A DNA stretch of 63,409 bases, counting the filler, from Basidioascus undulatus (Eukaryota): NCBI GenBank assembly GCA_000826855.1. It is 8 parts of 8 records of this genome, joined end to end, with 100 filler letters (N's around TTAATTAATTAA, not from the genome) between each part and the next. Parts side by side here need not be neighbours in the genome. Positions count along the whole stretch, not along the records: positions 36,790 to 42,036 come from JTLS01001975.1; positions 42,137 to 47,382 come from JTLS01001976.1; positions 47,483 to 52,727 come from JTLS01001977.1; 5 more parts are not named here. One strand, given 5' to 3'. This document shows positions 37,289-48,819 of the stretch, piece after piece (position 1 is the first letter of the stretch; every line of letters starts with the position of its first letter). Made by a program: the position numbers and the translations under genes. The notes under the pieces are model-generated. The model made no database searches and was not told where the DNA came from. It saw only the letters and a program-made list of their open reading frames with translations.

Positions 37289-40069
37289 ATGGCTCTCCCC
37301 GACATGAAACGCACCGACTCTGTGTCTGACTCCATTTCTACCGACTTCTCAAACGAAAAGAAAGAGTGGTCAACGCAACGCGAACACGGCAATGTCCCGG
37401 ACACCATTGTTGAAGACGATGCCAACGTCGGGTACGGCGCTTTCAAGGCGGCAGCCGAGATCGAGATAGTAAATTCTTTTCCTGCTTGAGAGGTGTTGCA
37501 CGGCACTTACGATGTGTTACACTCAGACTGAAGCAGAGAACCGCGCCATTCGCTTGTGCATAGACATGTTGATTCTTCCGGTCTTCCTTGTCACGCAGAC
37601 CATCGGGGAGCCAGGCACTGCCGACCTACCACCGTCCGGCTGCTTACTCTTGCCTCACTTGGATCTCATACAGCTTTCATGGACAAAACTGCTCTAAGTA
37701 AACATTCTTACCCATTACTATAGCGTAAACCTCCGCGGAATATGTTTGCAGACTATGCCAATCTCTTCAAGTACAGCGAGACACTCGACCTGAAGCGGGG
37801 TCAATTCAGCCTGCTGTCGGGATTCTGTGAGCATATTCTTTCTTCGAGCCTTATAAACATGGCTCAAAGAAAGACTATGCTATCCCAGTCTACATTGGCT
37901 ACCTCCTTGCCCTGGCCTAGCCTTATCAGTCTGCACGACACAGCTCACCCCTACCGGCCTCCAGTGAGCCGGCCGGGTATCTCCTTGGACGTTTTCCCGC
38001 CGGGCGTGTGCTGGGAGTTTCCTCCATACTGTGTGGTGTGTGCGTTCTAACCATGGTGTGCACGATTTTCCAAACTCGTCCCATGGATGTGCCGCTGAAA
38101 TGCGAGTGACATGCAGATCGTTAGCAAGTCCTTCGCCACTGCGATGGCGAACCGATTCTTCCTCGGTAAGCTATATATTCTTCTTGTGTAAGAGCAATAT
38201 GTCCTTAAAATCTAAATCTAAGGTGGTTTGAGGCTGCGGTTACTCCTGGTCTCACCCTCATGACTGGGTGCGTATGCGTTGCGCCTGCTGGTCTCAGGCT
38301 GTTTCCTAACCTCTACCGCGCACCCCTCAGCTGGTGGTACGTACGACGAAGTTTCTCTCTAACAAATGATACGGTATCGAAGCCTAAAATGCACGTAGTC
38401 TTGGAATCGCTGTCGTAGTTGTTGCTCTAATGCTGTCTTGCTTTGGCAGGGGGTGGCATCATTGGAAGCCTGATTGCCAACGGCATCACCAAAATCAGCC
38501 CTAACGCACCCGGTCCCGAAAAGTGGCAATACAGTGGGTTGAGAAATTGTCCCAGATAGGAGGTTCGCTGTACGCATGACAACCGCAGTTTTCTACATCC
38601 TTGGCGCTGCTACCATGGCGTGAGTTTCCGGACTCCTGGGGTGACGGGTGACCGAAATAGGGGGATGGATTCGTCTCTTACTCAGGTTGGATTGCAGGTG
38701 GGGAATTTTTCCTGTTTTCTTCCTTCCAGACTCTCCCGTGACGGCACGCTTCCTGAAGACGGAGCAACGCGAGAATGCGGTAGTACAGGTTGCCAGAGGT
38801 ATGCATGAATTGCGCACTGGCAGACTTGGACGTGCTGCTAAACTGAGGGTTTCTGTCACCTTCAGCAAATATCGGCATCAAGAACAAGCGGTAAGTGATC
38901 CGTTACAGGTTCTGAGGAATCTCCATCCGATGACACTTTGACCTACAGATTTAAAACGTACCAGGCTCGGGCTGCGGTCAAGGACGTCAAGACTTGGTTG
39001 CTGTTCGCATCGACCATTGCAGCCAGTGTGCCAAATGCCTTGATCAGAAATGCGAGCTATGCCCACAGCATAAACATATATTCATCGTTTCAGGCTGGAA
39101 GCTGATGCTCATGCCCAAAAACACAGTTATCTTCAATCATTGTTCGGGACCTCGGCTTCACCGGCATCCAAATGACACTTCTCGCGCGTGCCATCTTTGC
39201 TTGCATTCTATACAATTCCTCTTACTGATATCCGGGCTTTAGACATGCGCGGGAAATGCCTTTCAAGTAGGCGGACTGGTTCCCGCCGGTATTGGTGCAG
39301 CGTACGTCAAGAACAGTGAGCTGCATTCGACGCTGCGAGCCGTTTACCCAGCTCACTCCGTCGCACGTATCGTATTCGAAACTATGGGAAACATCGTCTG
39401 CGTTACAGCAGCCCTTTTGGTTCAGTGAGTCGCGCTGGCGCTATTGACCTTCTTTGCCCACTAACAACCCATTGGTTGGCAGCAAATTACTAGAGCATTG
39501 GATTTTCAATAAACCCTGTCATGCTATATTCCAATATTGCGGGATACACCAAGCGGCAGGTCACGAGCGCCCTGCTGTGTACGTTGTCATCCTAGTACGG
39601 CATGCCTGGAGCATAGGCTGAAATAAACAACAATGCAGTTGGAAACTTTGCTTCGCCCCCATGTCGTGAAACAAAGCGAAGCTCCGGACTATCCGAGGTA
39701 ATGCTTAGGACCGCATTACACCAAACGAGCAATCGTTGATGGCCTGCCTGGATCAGCGCAACGACCGGCATGCTTGCCAGCTTCGCCCTGAAGCTCGCCT
39801 GTCAGGTCCTCTTGGATCTTTAGTAAGTGCTTATGTCCTTACACTGGATGCGTTTGAGCTCACTCGCAGGGCCTACCAGCCTGTATATGTTCAATCGTCG
39901 CCGTGACAAAGCCGCCGCCGCAGGTGGGGGCATCGACCACGCCGCGGGTGAGGACGCCGGGATGCGTGATATTACGGAGGACGAGAACCCTGTACATTGT
40001 ACGGAACATGAATCTTAAGGAGGAGCTTGACTGTGGATTATGATTCAGGACTTCCGATATGTGCTTTGA
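37289..40069 (+). pseudogene. Disrupted MFS transporter, allantoate permease (Dal5/ACS) family
   Basis: Family motifs: AIRLCIDMLILP, FMDKTALN/YANLF, FFLPDSPVTARFL, DVKTWL, IIVRDLGFT, NIAGYTKRQVT, SEAPDYP, RDITEDENP/DFRYVL*. Lesions: donor reads GGGAGC rather than GTGAGC (~37605); frameshift plus TAA after WWY (~38345-38362); extra C at GNFASP (~39656-39660). Confidence 0.82.
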
Positions 40070-40581
40070 GCTGCGACAGCCGTAGAAGGACCAAAGGATG
40101 CGCTTTGCGAATGTGGCTTTGGTTGTGGTGTACGATTCCCTTGCCGAACCGTCTGGTGATGTATGACCATGCGTCGGAGTTGATACACATTTCAATGAGG
40201 ACCAGCAGCGTGACGATTTGTTGTCCGCACAGGCCTGATCGTTTGCCATCATGCGAGAAACCGCGTGCTTGTACATCAGTTGATCACTTTGCCGGGGGCG
40301 CTTGAATCACTTGCCTCGCCGGCCAGTGGTGTTTGCTGCCACTGTTGCGTTCTCTGAACGGCGACCGCCAATGATGAGATTCCATTCCGAGGATTTCTTT
40401 GCTCCCAACGAGATAGCCTTGAGGCACCCCAACTGGGGCAACAGAGGGCCGCACATGCAACGACAGCGGGTTTCGCGCATATAGGCAGGCAGCCGCACTC
40501 AACAGAAACGACACTTGAACCAAGCCAGGCCGTCAGAAGTTTCGAAACAGTACAACACACACACAACACACAAACCCCAAG

Positions 40582-42036
40582 TCACTCGTCCTCATCTTCC
40601 GCCTCGCCCAAAGCCTGCTGCGCCTTGCGATACGCCTTCTTGACCTCCGTCCAGTCCCTCGGCTTGTTGAACCGGCGGCGCTGCGAGCCGTCCTCCATCC
40701 AAGTCAGCCTTCCCCATTCATCAGCAACGAGAAGCCGACGCAACGTACATCAAGATACTTCGTGTCCGCCTTGTCCTCCCCAAGCGGGTCGAGCAGGTGC
40801 GGCGGGGTCCAGGACCTGTCCGACCACGCGGGGTGATGTCGATCAGCGACCGTGAGTGGGCGGTCGAGACGATGGAGGGAGGTGGGAAGACGCACCAGCT
40901 CCGCCGAGCATCGAAGAACCGGACGAGGTGCGAAGGGCCGTATGTCTCCTCGGGGTACTTGGCCTTCATCACATGCGGCGGGATCGCTTCCGCGTCTTGC
41001 GGGTCGGCGGGGTCGTAGATCTGCTCGACAGCAAACGAACAAGAGGAAAGCTCAGTCACACTCCCTTACTGCGGGAAAAGGAAGGGGCGGGGAGAAGAGA
41101 ACGCACCTCGCCAGGGAAATGCGGGAAGGACTCGACCTTCGCCCAGACTGCGTCCGTCCACGCCCATCCAACAGTCAGTCGCCGCACGCCTAGCACACCG
41201 GCGAATCCAATACGCACCGACAGTCCCCGTCGTGTACGCCACCTCCTCATCGTCCACCTCCTGCGCAGCCTCTTCCCCCTTCTCCTCCATCTCCTCCTCT
41301 TCTCCTTCCTCTTCCTCCTCCTCTTCCTCCCCGCCCGCGTCCTCAACAAGCTGCTGGTCGACGCCCACCGCATCGTGCTCGTCCCCGTCCCTCTCTTCGT
41401 CCAGCTCCGAGAGGGGCGACGAAGCGCGTGAGGCGCGGTCGCCCTCGCCCTCGCCCTCGGCTGGGGGCGGAACAGCTTCAGGAGCGGCGGGCGCGGCACC
41501 ATCGTCTTGAGGCTCGGAAGCGCGCGGTGCAGCACCATCTTCTTGAGGGTTGACAGCAGGAGCGGCCTCCGGTTCCGTGCGAGCTGTGCCGGCGAAACGC
41601 TCATCGTCAGCGAACCATCCCTCCTTCCCTTCTCAAACGCAGCACGCACCCTTCTTCCGCGCCCTCTCCCTCTTCTTCGGCCCCTCCGGCGGGATCTCCC
41701 TCTCCGGCCTGCCTCCCCTGCGCGTCCCCTCCGCCAAGATCCAGCCCTCATCAAACTTCGCGAACGCGCCGCGCTTGTCCACATCCTGAACGATCTCGGC
41801 CTCGTCCAAGCTCGTGGGCGGCGCCCGGCGCTTGCGGTACTCGCGCGAGTAGCGGGCCTTCGGCTCGGGCTCGGGCGCGGGCTCGGGCGCAGCGTCGGGC
41901 GGGGGCGTCGCAGCAGCTGCGGGGTCTTGCAGCGGCTTGACGCGCAGGCGGCGGGAGGACGACGACAGCGACGGCTCGCTCTCCGCCTCCTTGGGCAGCT
42001 TGACGCGGAGCCTCTTTCGGGGCGCGCCGCCGCCCT
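40582..42036 (-). CDS. C-terminal part of a PWWP-domain chromatin protein (BRPF/peregrin/Nto1-like), 5' end lost at the contig end
   Basis: Low-complexity P/E-rich region, DVDKRGAFAKFDEGWILAEGTRRGGR, acidic stretch, VWAKVESFPHFPGE/IYDP...HLVRFFDARRSW (PWWP-like), ending VKKAYRKAQQALGEAEDEDE*. Confidence 0.72.
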
Positions 42037-42136
42037 NNNNNNNNNNNNNNNNNNNNNNNNNNNNNNNNNNNNNNNNNNNNTTAATTAATTAANNNNNNNN
42101 NNNNNNNNNNNNNNNNNNNNNNNNNNNNNNNNNNNN

Positions 42137-42547
42137 CAGCCCCAGCCCCAGCCGTCACCCGAGCCCCAGCCGTCGCCCCAGCCGTGGCCCCAGCCTGTTT
42201 GGACTCCCGAGCCGAGCCCCGAGCCGGTGTGGACGCCCCCCCCGAGCTCGACATGGTCCCCGCCGCCCTCCTCGACTTACGTTGCCCCAACCACGACGTC
42301 CACTTCGAGCTCGACCACGACTTCGACCAGCACTTCTTCCAGCACGACTACCCGGTCGACCTCTTCCAGGGCGGCCTCGAGTACCTCAGGCTCGAGCGCC
42401 AGCAGCACGTCAGCCCCCAGCGACGGCGCGCTTCTTGAAGAGGAGCAGCCTTCAGTTGAAGTCAACTTTATGGTTGACGCCAACAACCTCGTCCTTCGCC
42501 TCGGGAACCTCGTCGCCAAGTCGCGGGAGATTCCCAAGCAGGCCTAG
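42137..42547 (+). CDS. Ser/Thr/Pro-rich C-terminus of a probable secreted or cell-wall protein, 5' end lost
   Basis: WTPPPSSTWSPPPSSTYVAPTTTSTSSSTTT... then ANNLVLRLGNLV...*. The architecture recalls tails of basidiomycete expansin/RlpA-like proteins (inference); no catalytic domain is present in this contig. Confidence 0.55.
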   Translation, partial: QPQPQPSPEPQPSPQPWPQPVWTPEPSPEPVWTPPPSSTWSPPPSSTYVAPTTTSTSSSTTTSTSTSSSTTTRSTSSRAASSTSGSSASSTSAPSDGALLEEEQPSVEVNFMVDANNLVLRLGNLVAKSREIPKQA

Positions 42548-42963
42548 ATACTGCGTTTCGTTAGAGACTGGTTCTCTCTTTCATGTTGTTCTTCCTTTCG
42601 TCGTTTCTACTCTCTGGATGTCTCGCTGTTATTCTTCCGGGGTACCTTGATGTCGCCTTCCTTATATTATATTTTGGAGTACCAGCCTTTGCCTGATCAC
42701 AGTGCGGTGATTTCGCATCCGTACTGCTGATATGGCGTGATTGCGGAAACAAGCGCCTTGAAGTCTTTTCCTGTCCACCGGAAAACACGTCCAAGTACAA
42801 AATACGGATTACTCATCATGACGGGCCGATGCTCCGCATTCTAGAAGGCAGCACCGACAGCCGAGTTGCGCTCGCATGCAAAGGATGGGTATTACAACGA
42901 GCTGATGCAGGGGGGCAGTACGAGCACAAGAAGAACACAGAATGCGAAAAAAAACGGAATGCC

Positions 42964-45900
42964 TCAGATGCGACCTGCAGCAGCCGGAGCGGATGGCCGA
43001 GGAGCGTCCGCATCCTTTGCGATCTTCTCCTTCACCTTCTCGTCCGCGTCCTTTCGCTTGCGCTGCTTGAAGCACGCGAAGGTCACGCTCGTGGACCTGC
43101 GACTGTCGAGGAGCGTCTTCTTCACGCCGTCGAGCTCGCGCTGGAGCTCGTCCGAGCCAGAAGCAGCCGGTCGTCGGTAGTCTGGCGGCGCAATGTGACA
43201 GTCAGCACAAAGCAGTCGCTCAAAACGGGGAGAAATAAGAAGAGCGCACAGTTCTGCGAAACCGCCTCGTCTGAAGAAAAAGAAACAGACATCAGCTTTA
43301 GCCGCCGTCAGTGCATGTGAAGGTCGGCGTACAGAGCAGAGTGAGGGTGGATTTGCTGAGGGGAGTGACGTGTTGGAGGAGAGTTTGATGCATGAACTCG
43401 ATCTCGAGCGTGGCCTGCAGCAACAAGACCTCAGCGCACACACCGAGGCGAGAGCGAAGCTTTCGCAGGACTGACCCTGAGCATTCCGCCCATGCCGAAG
43501 CGCTTGACCTCCCTGAAACATTCGAGAGCTTCTCGGGCCATTTCTTCTACGATGCGGCTGAGGGAGCGTTCCACCAAAGAACGCGCCGTCACGCTGATCT
43601 GCGCGTGGACCTGAACGAGCTCCAGCAGCGCCTCGTACATGTACGGCCGAACCTCTGTTGGGCAAGTATTAGCGCATCATGAATGCATACGACGGCGCTC
43701 GCAGGACTTGCCGGTAGGCTTCGGTGTCTCGAACCAATCAAAGCCACTGTCGATGATGCCGCTCCGCAAGATCGCGCAAACGGCGGCCGACCTGCGCTTC
43801 ACGAAGTCGTCGAAGATGATCTTGTCGAGCTGGTCGACGACCTCGTCCAACGTCTGTGTGCGTCGTGAGCGACCTTTTCAGATTTCGTCAAGCAAGCACA
43901 GAGCCCCTCACAAGTCGGTCAGGACCGAGATCTAACCCCAAAGTCTTCTCGAGCTCGCTCGTCATCTTGGGAAGCAGAGTCGACTTGAGGTACGCCAGAT
44001 TGCTGACGGTCAACAGGATGCGAGTATCCTTAGAAGTTCGTCGATAGTGTGAGCGTTAAGGCTGACGCGTTTGATGAATTGAATCACCGACCTGATCAAC
44101 CGCCGGCCGTGTCGAAGGGCTTTCGAGGTGTTTCGTTCCCGGCCGAGTCTGCTCCGTGAAAGCGAGGTGGACCAGCCCGTCGAGGAAGGCGTACAGCGCG
44201 TCGAGAGAGGCCGTCTTGATCTTGTTGACGAACTCGGCGGTTGCGCGCGGAGACAGCTGAAAGGACGACACTCATTAGCCCGCGCACTCATCGTGCAGAG
44301 GCACAGCAGCGCACCGTCTTGCTCTTTCCGCCTTTCGCTTCCAATCCGGCGATTCGGTACGTAACCGCGGTGTTGTAGTTCTGGAACGTTTCGAACAGTT
44401 GCAGGTAGGTCGTTCGTGCGCCGTCCTCGCGGTGGAGCGACCAGTCCTCGAGGCTGTAGAAGACCTTGGCGTCTGCGCAGGCGCAAATACGTTTGGTGAG
44501 CGCCGCAACTGCCGAAGATCGAAAGAAAGCTTACCGCGAGCCCAGGTCTCGCAAACAGCCTCCTCGAATCGCCAGCGGACGTTGTCGACGAAGCTCTTCA
44601 ACGGGCCTGCGGCTGCGCCATGCGTGCCGATATCCATGGCGTTGAGGTCCGTGACGCCTTCGCGGACCTCGTCGAGCACGCGCGTAATCCACCATGCCGT
44701 GCTGAGCGAGTTCGCGTTCGGCGGGACGAACGGCGGGATCTCGGACTTGCTGCCGCCGGACGCGGCGCTGCCGGGCGAGATCGGGGGCGAGCGAATGACG
44801 GCGAGGTCGGTGAGAGTGAAGAACTCGGAGAGGAGGGTCGCGTAGAGCTTGAGGATGTCTTGCGCCATGTGCTTGGCCTGAGATGGCGTGCGATTGGAAG
44901 CCGTCGACGATCCCTTCTGCATCATGTAGATTGCCATGAGCTGAGGAGATCATGAGATATCAAAGGCGACTGAAACGCACACGGGAGTATTTTCCATCCA
45001 TGTAGTTCTTGCCGATTCGCCACAGCCCAGGAAGACTTTGCAGCACGACTTCGGACAGGTTCTTGATCGCGTCCAGAATCGACTGCCAGACCTCGTGACC
45101 GGGAGCGTCCCCTGGTAGCCGCATCTTGTATGAACTCTTGGTCGCAAACAAAGGTCGAGCGGGGACATACGAAGAACAGAGTCCGGCGAGTCTCCCTTCG
45201 CCAGACCGCGGACGCATCGCTGAAGGTCGAGAGCCATCGCCGACTCGGAAAGGCTATCTGCAGGCAGTCGGTCACGAGCAACTGCGTAATGCCCGGAACA
45301 GCCGACGCTTCATTAGGCGGAAGTATCTCCAGTATCTCCAGCAACGACATACGTTTGACGTTGGCCAGATTCGTAGCGTGAGCGGCGCGCATTTGCTTGG
45401 CGATGAGATCGTGTTGCGCGTCCAGGTACGTCCAGACAGGGTCTTCGCGCGACTCGAGCTCCAGAAGAATCCTGCCGACAGTGTCCAATTAGGAAAGCCA
45501 TTACAAAAAGAAGGGCGCGGGGAGGAGGCAAAGGTAAACCACGGACTCGATCGTCTTCTCCACATCATCCACAGGCTTGCCGCCTTCGCGCAGCTGAGCG
45601 AGCAGCTCGTGACGGAGCTCGGACATGATGCGCTCGATGTTTGACCAGACCTTGTCGAAAACGCGCTTGTGAGCTCGCTCCTGGTCCTCGGTCGGCTGCT
45701 GCCCACCGGTCGCGGTCGGAAGGGAGAGGAGCGCCTGCGGTCGGGTGTTGAGGAGGTATTTGGCTTTCGAGTACGAGGACAGCGCTTGATCCGGACGATT
45801 CTGCGGACGAGAAGTTTCAGCGTACGTTAAGGGAAAAAGGCTCGAGCTGAACGCACGCTCTCGATGAAGTCCACCAAGGTGCCGGGGAGATTGAAGAACC

Positions 45901-46928
45901 ACTTGTTGCGCTCGAAGACGCTGAGGGTCGAGCGGAGCTTTGTCGCCTTGTGGTTGTTCGTCAAGACCGGGTTGTAGATCGACTCCGCTTTGACAGACGC
46001 CTCTATTGCACACGTCAGAAACGCCAGGCTCAACCAGACTGAGAGGGACATGGTCCACACACCGCGAATCGTCTCCTTGATCTGCTTGGTCCCATAGTCT
46101 GTCTGCTTGTTGATGACGGAGGACTTCATCTCGGAATGAACAGCTGAAAATGATCAAATCGTGTTTCAGCATCAGACGGGAGGACGTCTGGCGACGCGAC
46201 GCTGCATCTTACCCTGGACAACGCTCCGGACGCCGACGAAACGATCGAACTCCTCTCGCACGAGAAGGCGGACCTCCTCGCTTCGGTCATCGAGGCTGCG
46301 GCGGAGGTTGGACATTCCCTCCCGGAGGTCGTTGTACGTCGCATCGGGATGCAAGGTGGAGAGGTAGGTGGAGGGGGAGCTGTAGAACAAGTGTCGGGGT
46401 TCAGTCAAGTGGGTTTCTAGGCAAGGAGATCTGGTCACGGACAAGCTTTTTGAGAGAGGATGGGTAGCCGCTTCTGTAGCAGAACAGGGTTAACTGATAG
46501 CTTTCTGGGCAACTGCGCCTCGACGGCTCACGAGCTTCGAGGGAGAGATTCCGGCTCCTGACGGATTAACAGCAGGTCAATTACGGATGCTCAAACCAAC
46601 AGGATTGCGTCCCTCCACCATGAACCTTCCCTTCTATCGAACCCAGTTTTGAATGGACGTACGCTCGCACTCCCAGTCCCAGCAGATCGGTGTCCTCATC
46701 TCGGCCCAGCCCCTTCCCACTGCTCGCCGTGATCGCGCCCACGGCGCCGACAAAGACGCCGTCCTTCTCTGCGTCGACTTGCTCCCACTTTCGCGGCTCG
46801 AGCGTAGAGAGCGAGTAGAACTTTGTGACTGTCTCGCGCTCGAGTCAGCTTGCTTGACGCGGGCGGACAAGGGGGGCTTCTGAGGGCGCACGGGTCGGCT
46901 CGTCTACACTGCCCGCGAGACTCTGCAT
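42964..46928 (-). CDS. SEC5: Exocyst complex component Sec5 (EXOC2), multi-exon
   Basis: DEPT/LTKFYSLSTLEPRKWEQVD, SPSTYLSTLHPDATYNDLREGMSNLRRSLDDRSEEVRLLVREEFDRFV, KATKLRSTLSVFERNKWFFNLPG, ILLELESREDPVWTYLDAQH, RILLTVSNLAYLK, MYEALLELVQVHAQIS, FGMGGML/QATLEIEFMHQTL, TSVTFACFK. Confidence 0.93.
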
Positions 46929-47317
46929 CGCGATAGGCTGTGGCCAGGGCGTACTAAAATGTGAAACGATGGAACGATAATAGAGCGAACCGGAGTCAAC
47001 GACAGCACCCTCGACGCTGCTCGACGCGGCTTGGGCGCGTCGTCCCCACAACGCCTGGGAATCGCTAACGTCAGGAAATGGGGACAGTGACTTCCAGGTG
47101 GTCGTGCTTTGGCATTCTTTTGCAATGAGCGCTAGACAGACACAGGCCACACAAGAAGAAAAAAAGGCACGCTGTTTGAATGTGCTTTCCCATCTACCAG
47201 GACCGCGAAAGACCTGCCATGCACAGCTGAGTCACATCAGTATGTGATCGCAAAGGCGTTGCCGGAGGCGGGTCCAGATTGGGTCCAGATTCTACATGTA
47301 GAAAACTTATGCATCAA

Positions 47318-47382
47318 GCCTCGCTAGCTCAATCGGTAGAGCGTGAGACTCTTAATCTCAAGGCTGCGGGTTCGACCCCCGC
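47318..47382 (+). tRNA. tRNA-Lys(CTT), 3' end truncated by the contig end
   Basis: GCCTCGCTAGCTCAATCGGTAGAGCG; anticodon stem TGAGA/TCTCA with CTT at 47351-47353; T-arm GCGGGTTCGACCCCCGC; no intron. Confidence 0.93.
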
Positions 47383-48056
47383 NNNNNNNNNNNNNNNNNN
47401 NNNNNNNNNNNNNNNNNNNNNNNNNNTTAATTAATTAANNNNNNNNNNNNNNNNNNNNNNNNNNNNNNNNNNNNNNNNNNNNGTGGTTCTTGCCTGAGAC
47501 ACGCGGAAAGAGCTTGGAGGAGATGGACGTAAGTTTTCTCCGCTGTCTTTGCCCCTTTCAGTGCCTTCGTTTACACTGACGGATACTTGCAGATCCTGTT
47601 CGGATCCGCCACAGCGGAGGTCAGGGAGAACAACATCTGGGCCGCTCTCAAGCACGAGCAGACGGAGAAGGACGAGATGGACCGGTCCAAGGCGCGTGGT
47701 TTGAAGGTCTCCCTTGCTGCACTGTCGGATGGCTGACACCAAGGTGGCCGCGCAGAGCTCGTTCATCGAGGTTTGACCTCCCATCCCAAAAGCTTGGTTT
47801 TCTGTAGAGTTCGTGATGGGTGTGGGCGCGAGTGCCTGAGTGCATGGATGTATTTCAAGCTGGGGACTTATCCATCCTTTCTGACGCTTGTATTACGAAG
47901 CGCATGTCCAATGCTGAGAGGGAAGTAACGTTTCAGAAATACTAAGGCTAGTACAACAGTTCCGTTACAGAGATACAGAGGAGAAATCATAGTCCCAGAA
48001 AATAACTAAAAAGACGAGCGGGTGACGCGTGTGAGGGAAGTGGGAGACGGGGAGGC

Positions 48057-48819
48057 TCAAAGAAGCAAAGGAGTTTGCGGGTAAGGGGAAGGGAAGTCCG
48101 TCTTGAAAGACGGCGACGGAGGCGGGGTCGGGAGCCCGTGCGCTAACTCCATCACCTCCGCCAGTACAGCAGGGCGAGCACAAGGGGACAAAGGTGGCGT
48201 GAGGGCGCGCTCGTCGGCGCTGGGGATAGTGGTACGGGTGGAGTTCGTAGCGTCCAGCACGACTCGAATGCGTCGCCGGATGTCCCGAGTCGAGGTGTGC
48301 TGGTGAGGTGCGGTACATCTGGTCAACACAAGATAGATCAGCCACGATACTTCCAACGACGGAAGTAAGGAGGAAATACGCACCGCCTTCTCCAACTCCT
48401 CAACTGCAGACTCAAACGGGACCTGCTCCTCCGCCGGCCGCACCGGGGAGAAACCGAAGTCCTCGATTGAGTTGCAGTAGTACGAATCACGAGCTCTGGG
48501 CAGGGCTCCTATTCACATCCGCCATGTCAGCCATGAGCGTGCGCAGGCCATGATGTCCTATGAAGGGGACTCACGAAGTCGTCGCACTCGTCCTCCTCAA
48601 CCGCGGCGGCAGGCGCCTGCGCAGCATCCGCCGCTGGGACGCAGTGCAACGCCATGACTGCGGAGAGGGGTCTCGACACGAGAAAGCGGAGTGACCTTGA
48701 CGGAGTGGGTGCCACGGAGGCGGTGGAGCAAGGGGGTTGGAAGGCGTGGTGGCGGCGGTGGTAGCGTCGGCGGAGCGGGCGCGTCGGAGGCGGCGGAAGA
48801 GGGAAAGGAGGGAAGCCAT
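48057..48819 (-). CDS. Small uncharacterised multi-exon protein (possible frameshift in a C-run near 48735)
   Basis: ATG at 48819 after a pyrimidine-rich leader; GC-rich coding-like segments with GT-AG introns; ends LPTPPPSPSFKTDFPSPYPQTPLLL*. No family recognised. Confidence 0.4.

Noticed and set aside
47270..47291. Direct repeat GGGTCCAGATT x2 upstream of tRNA-Lys
   Set aside because: A single 11-bp duplication with no further structure.
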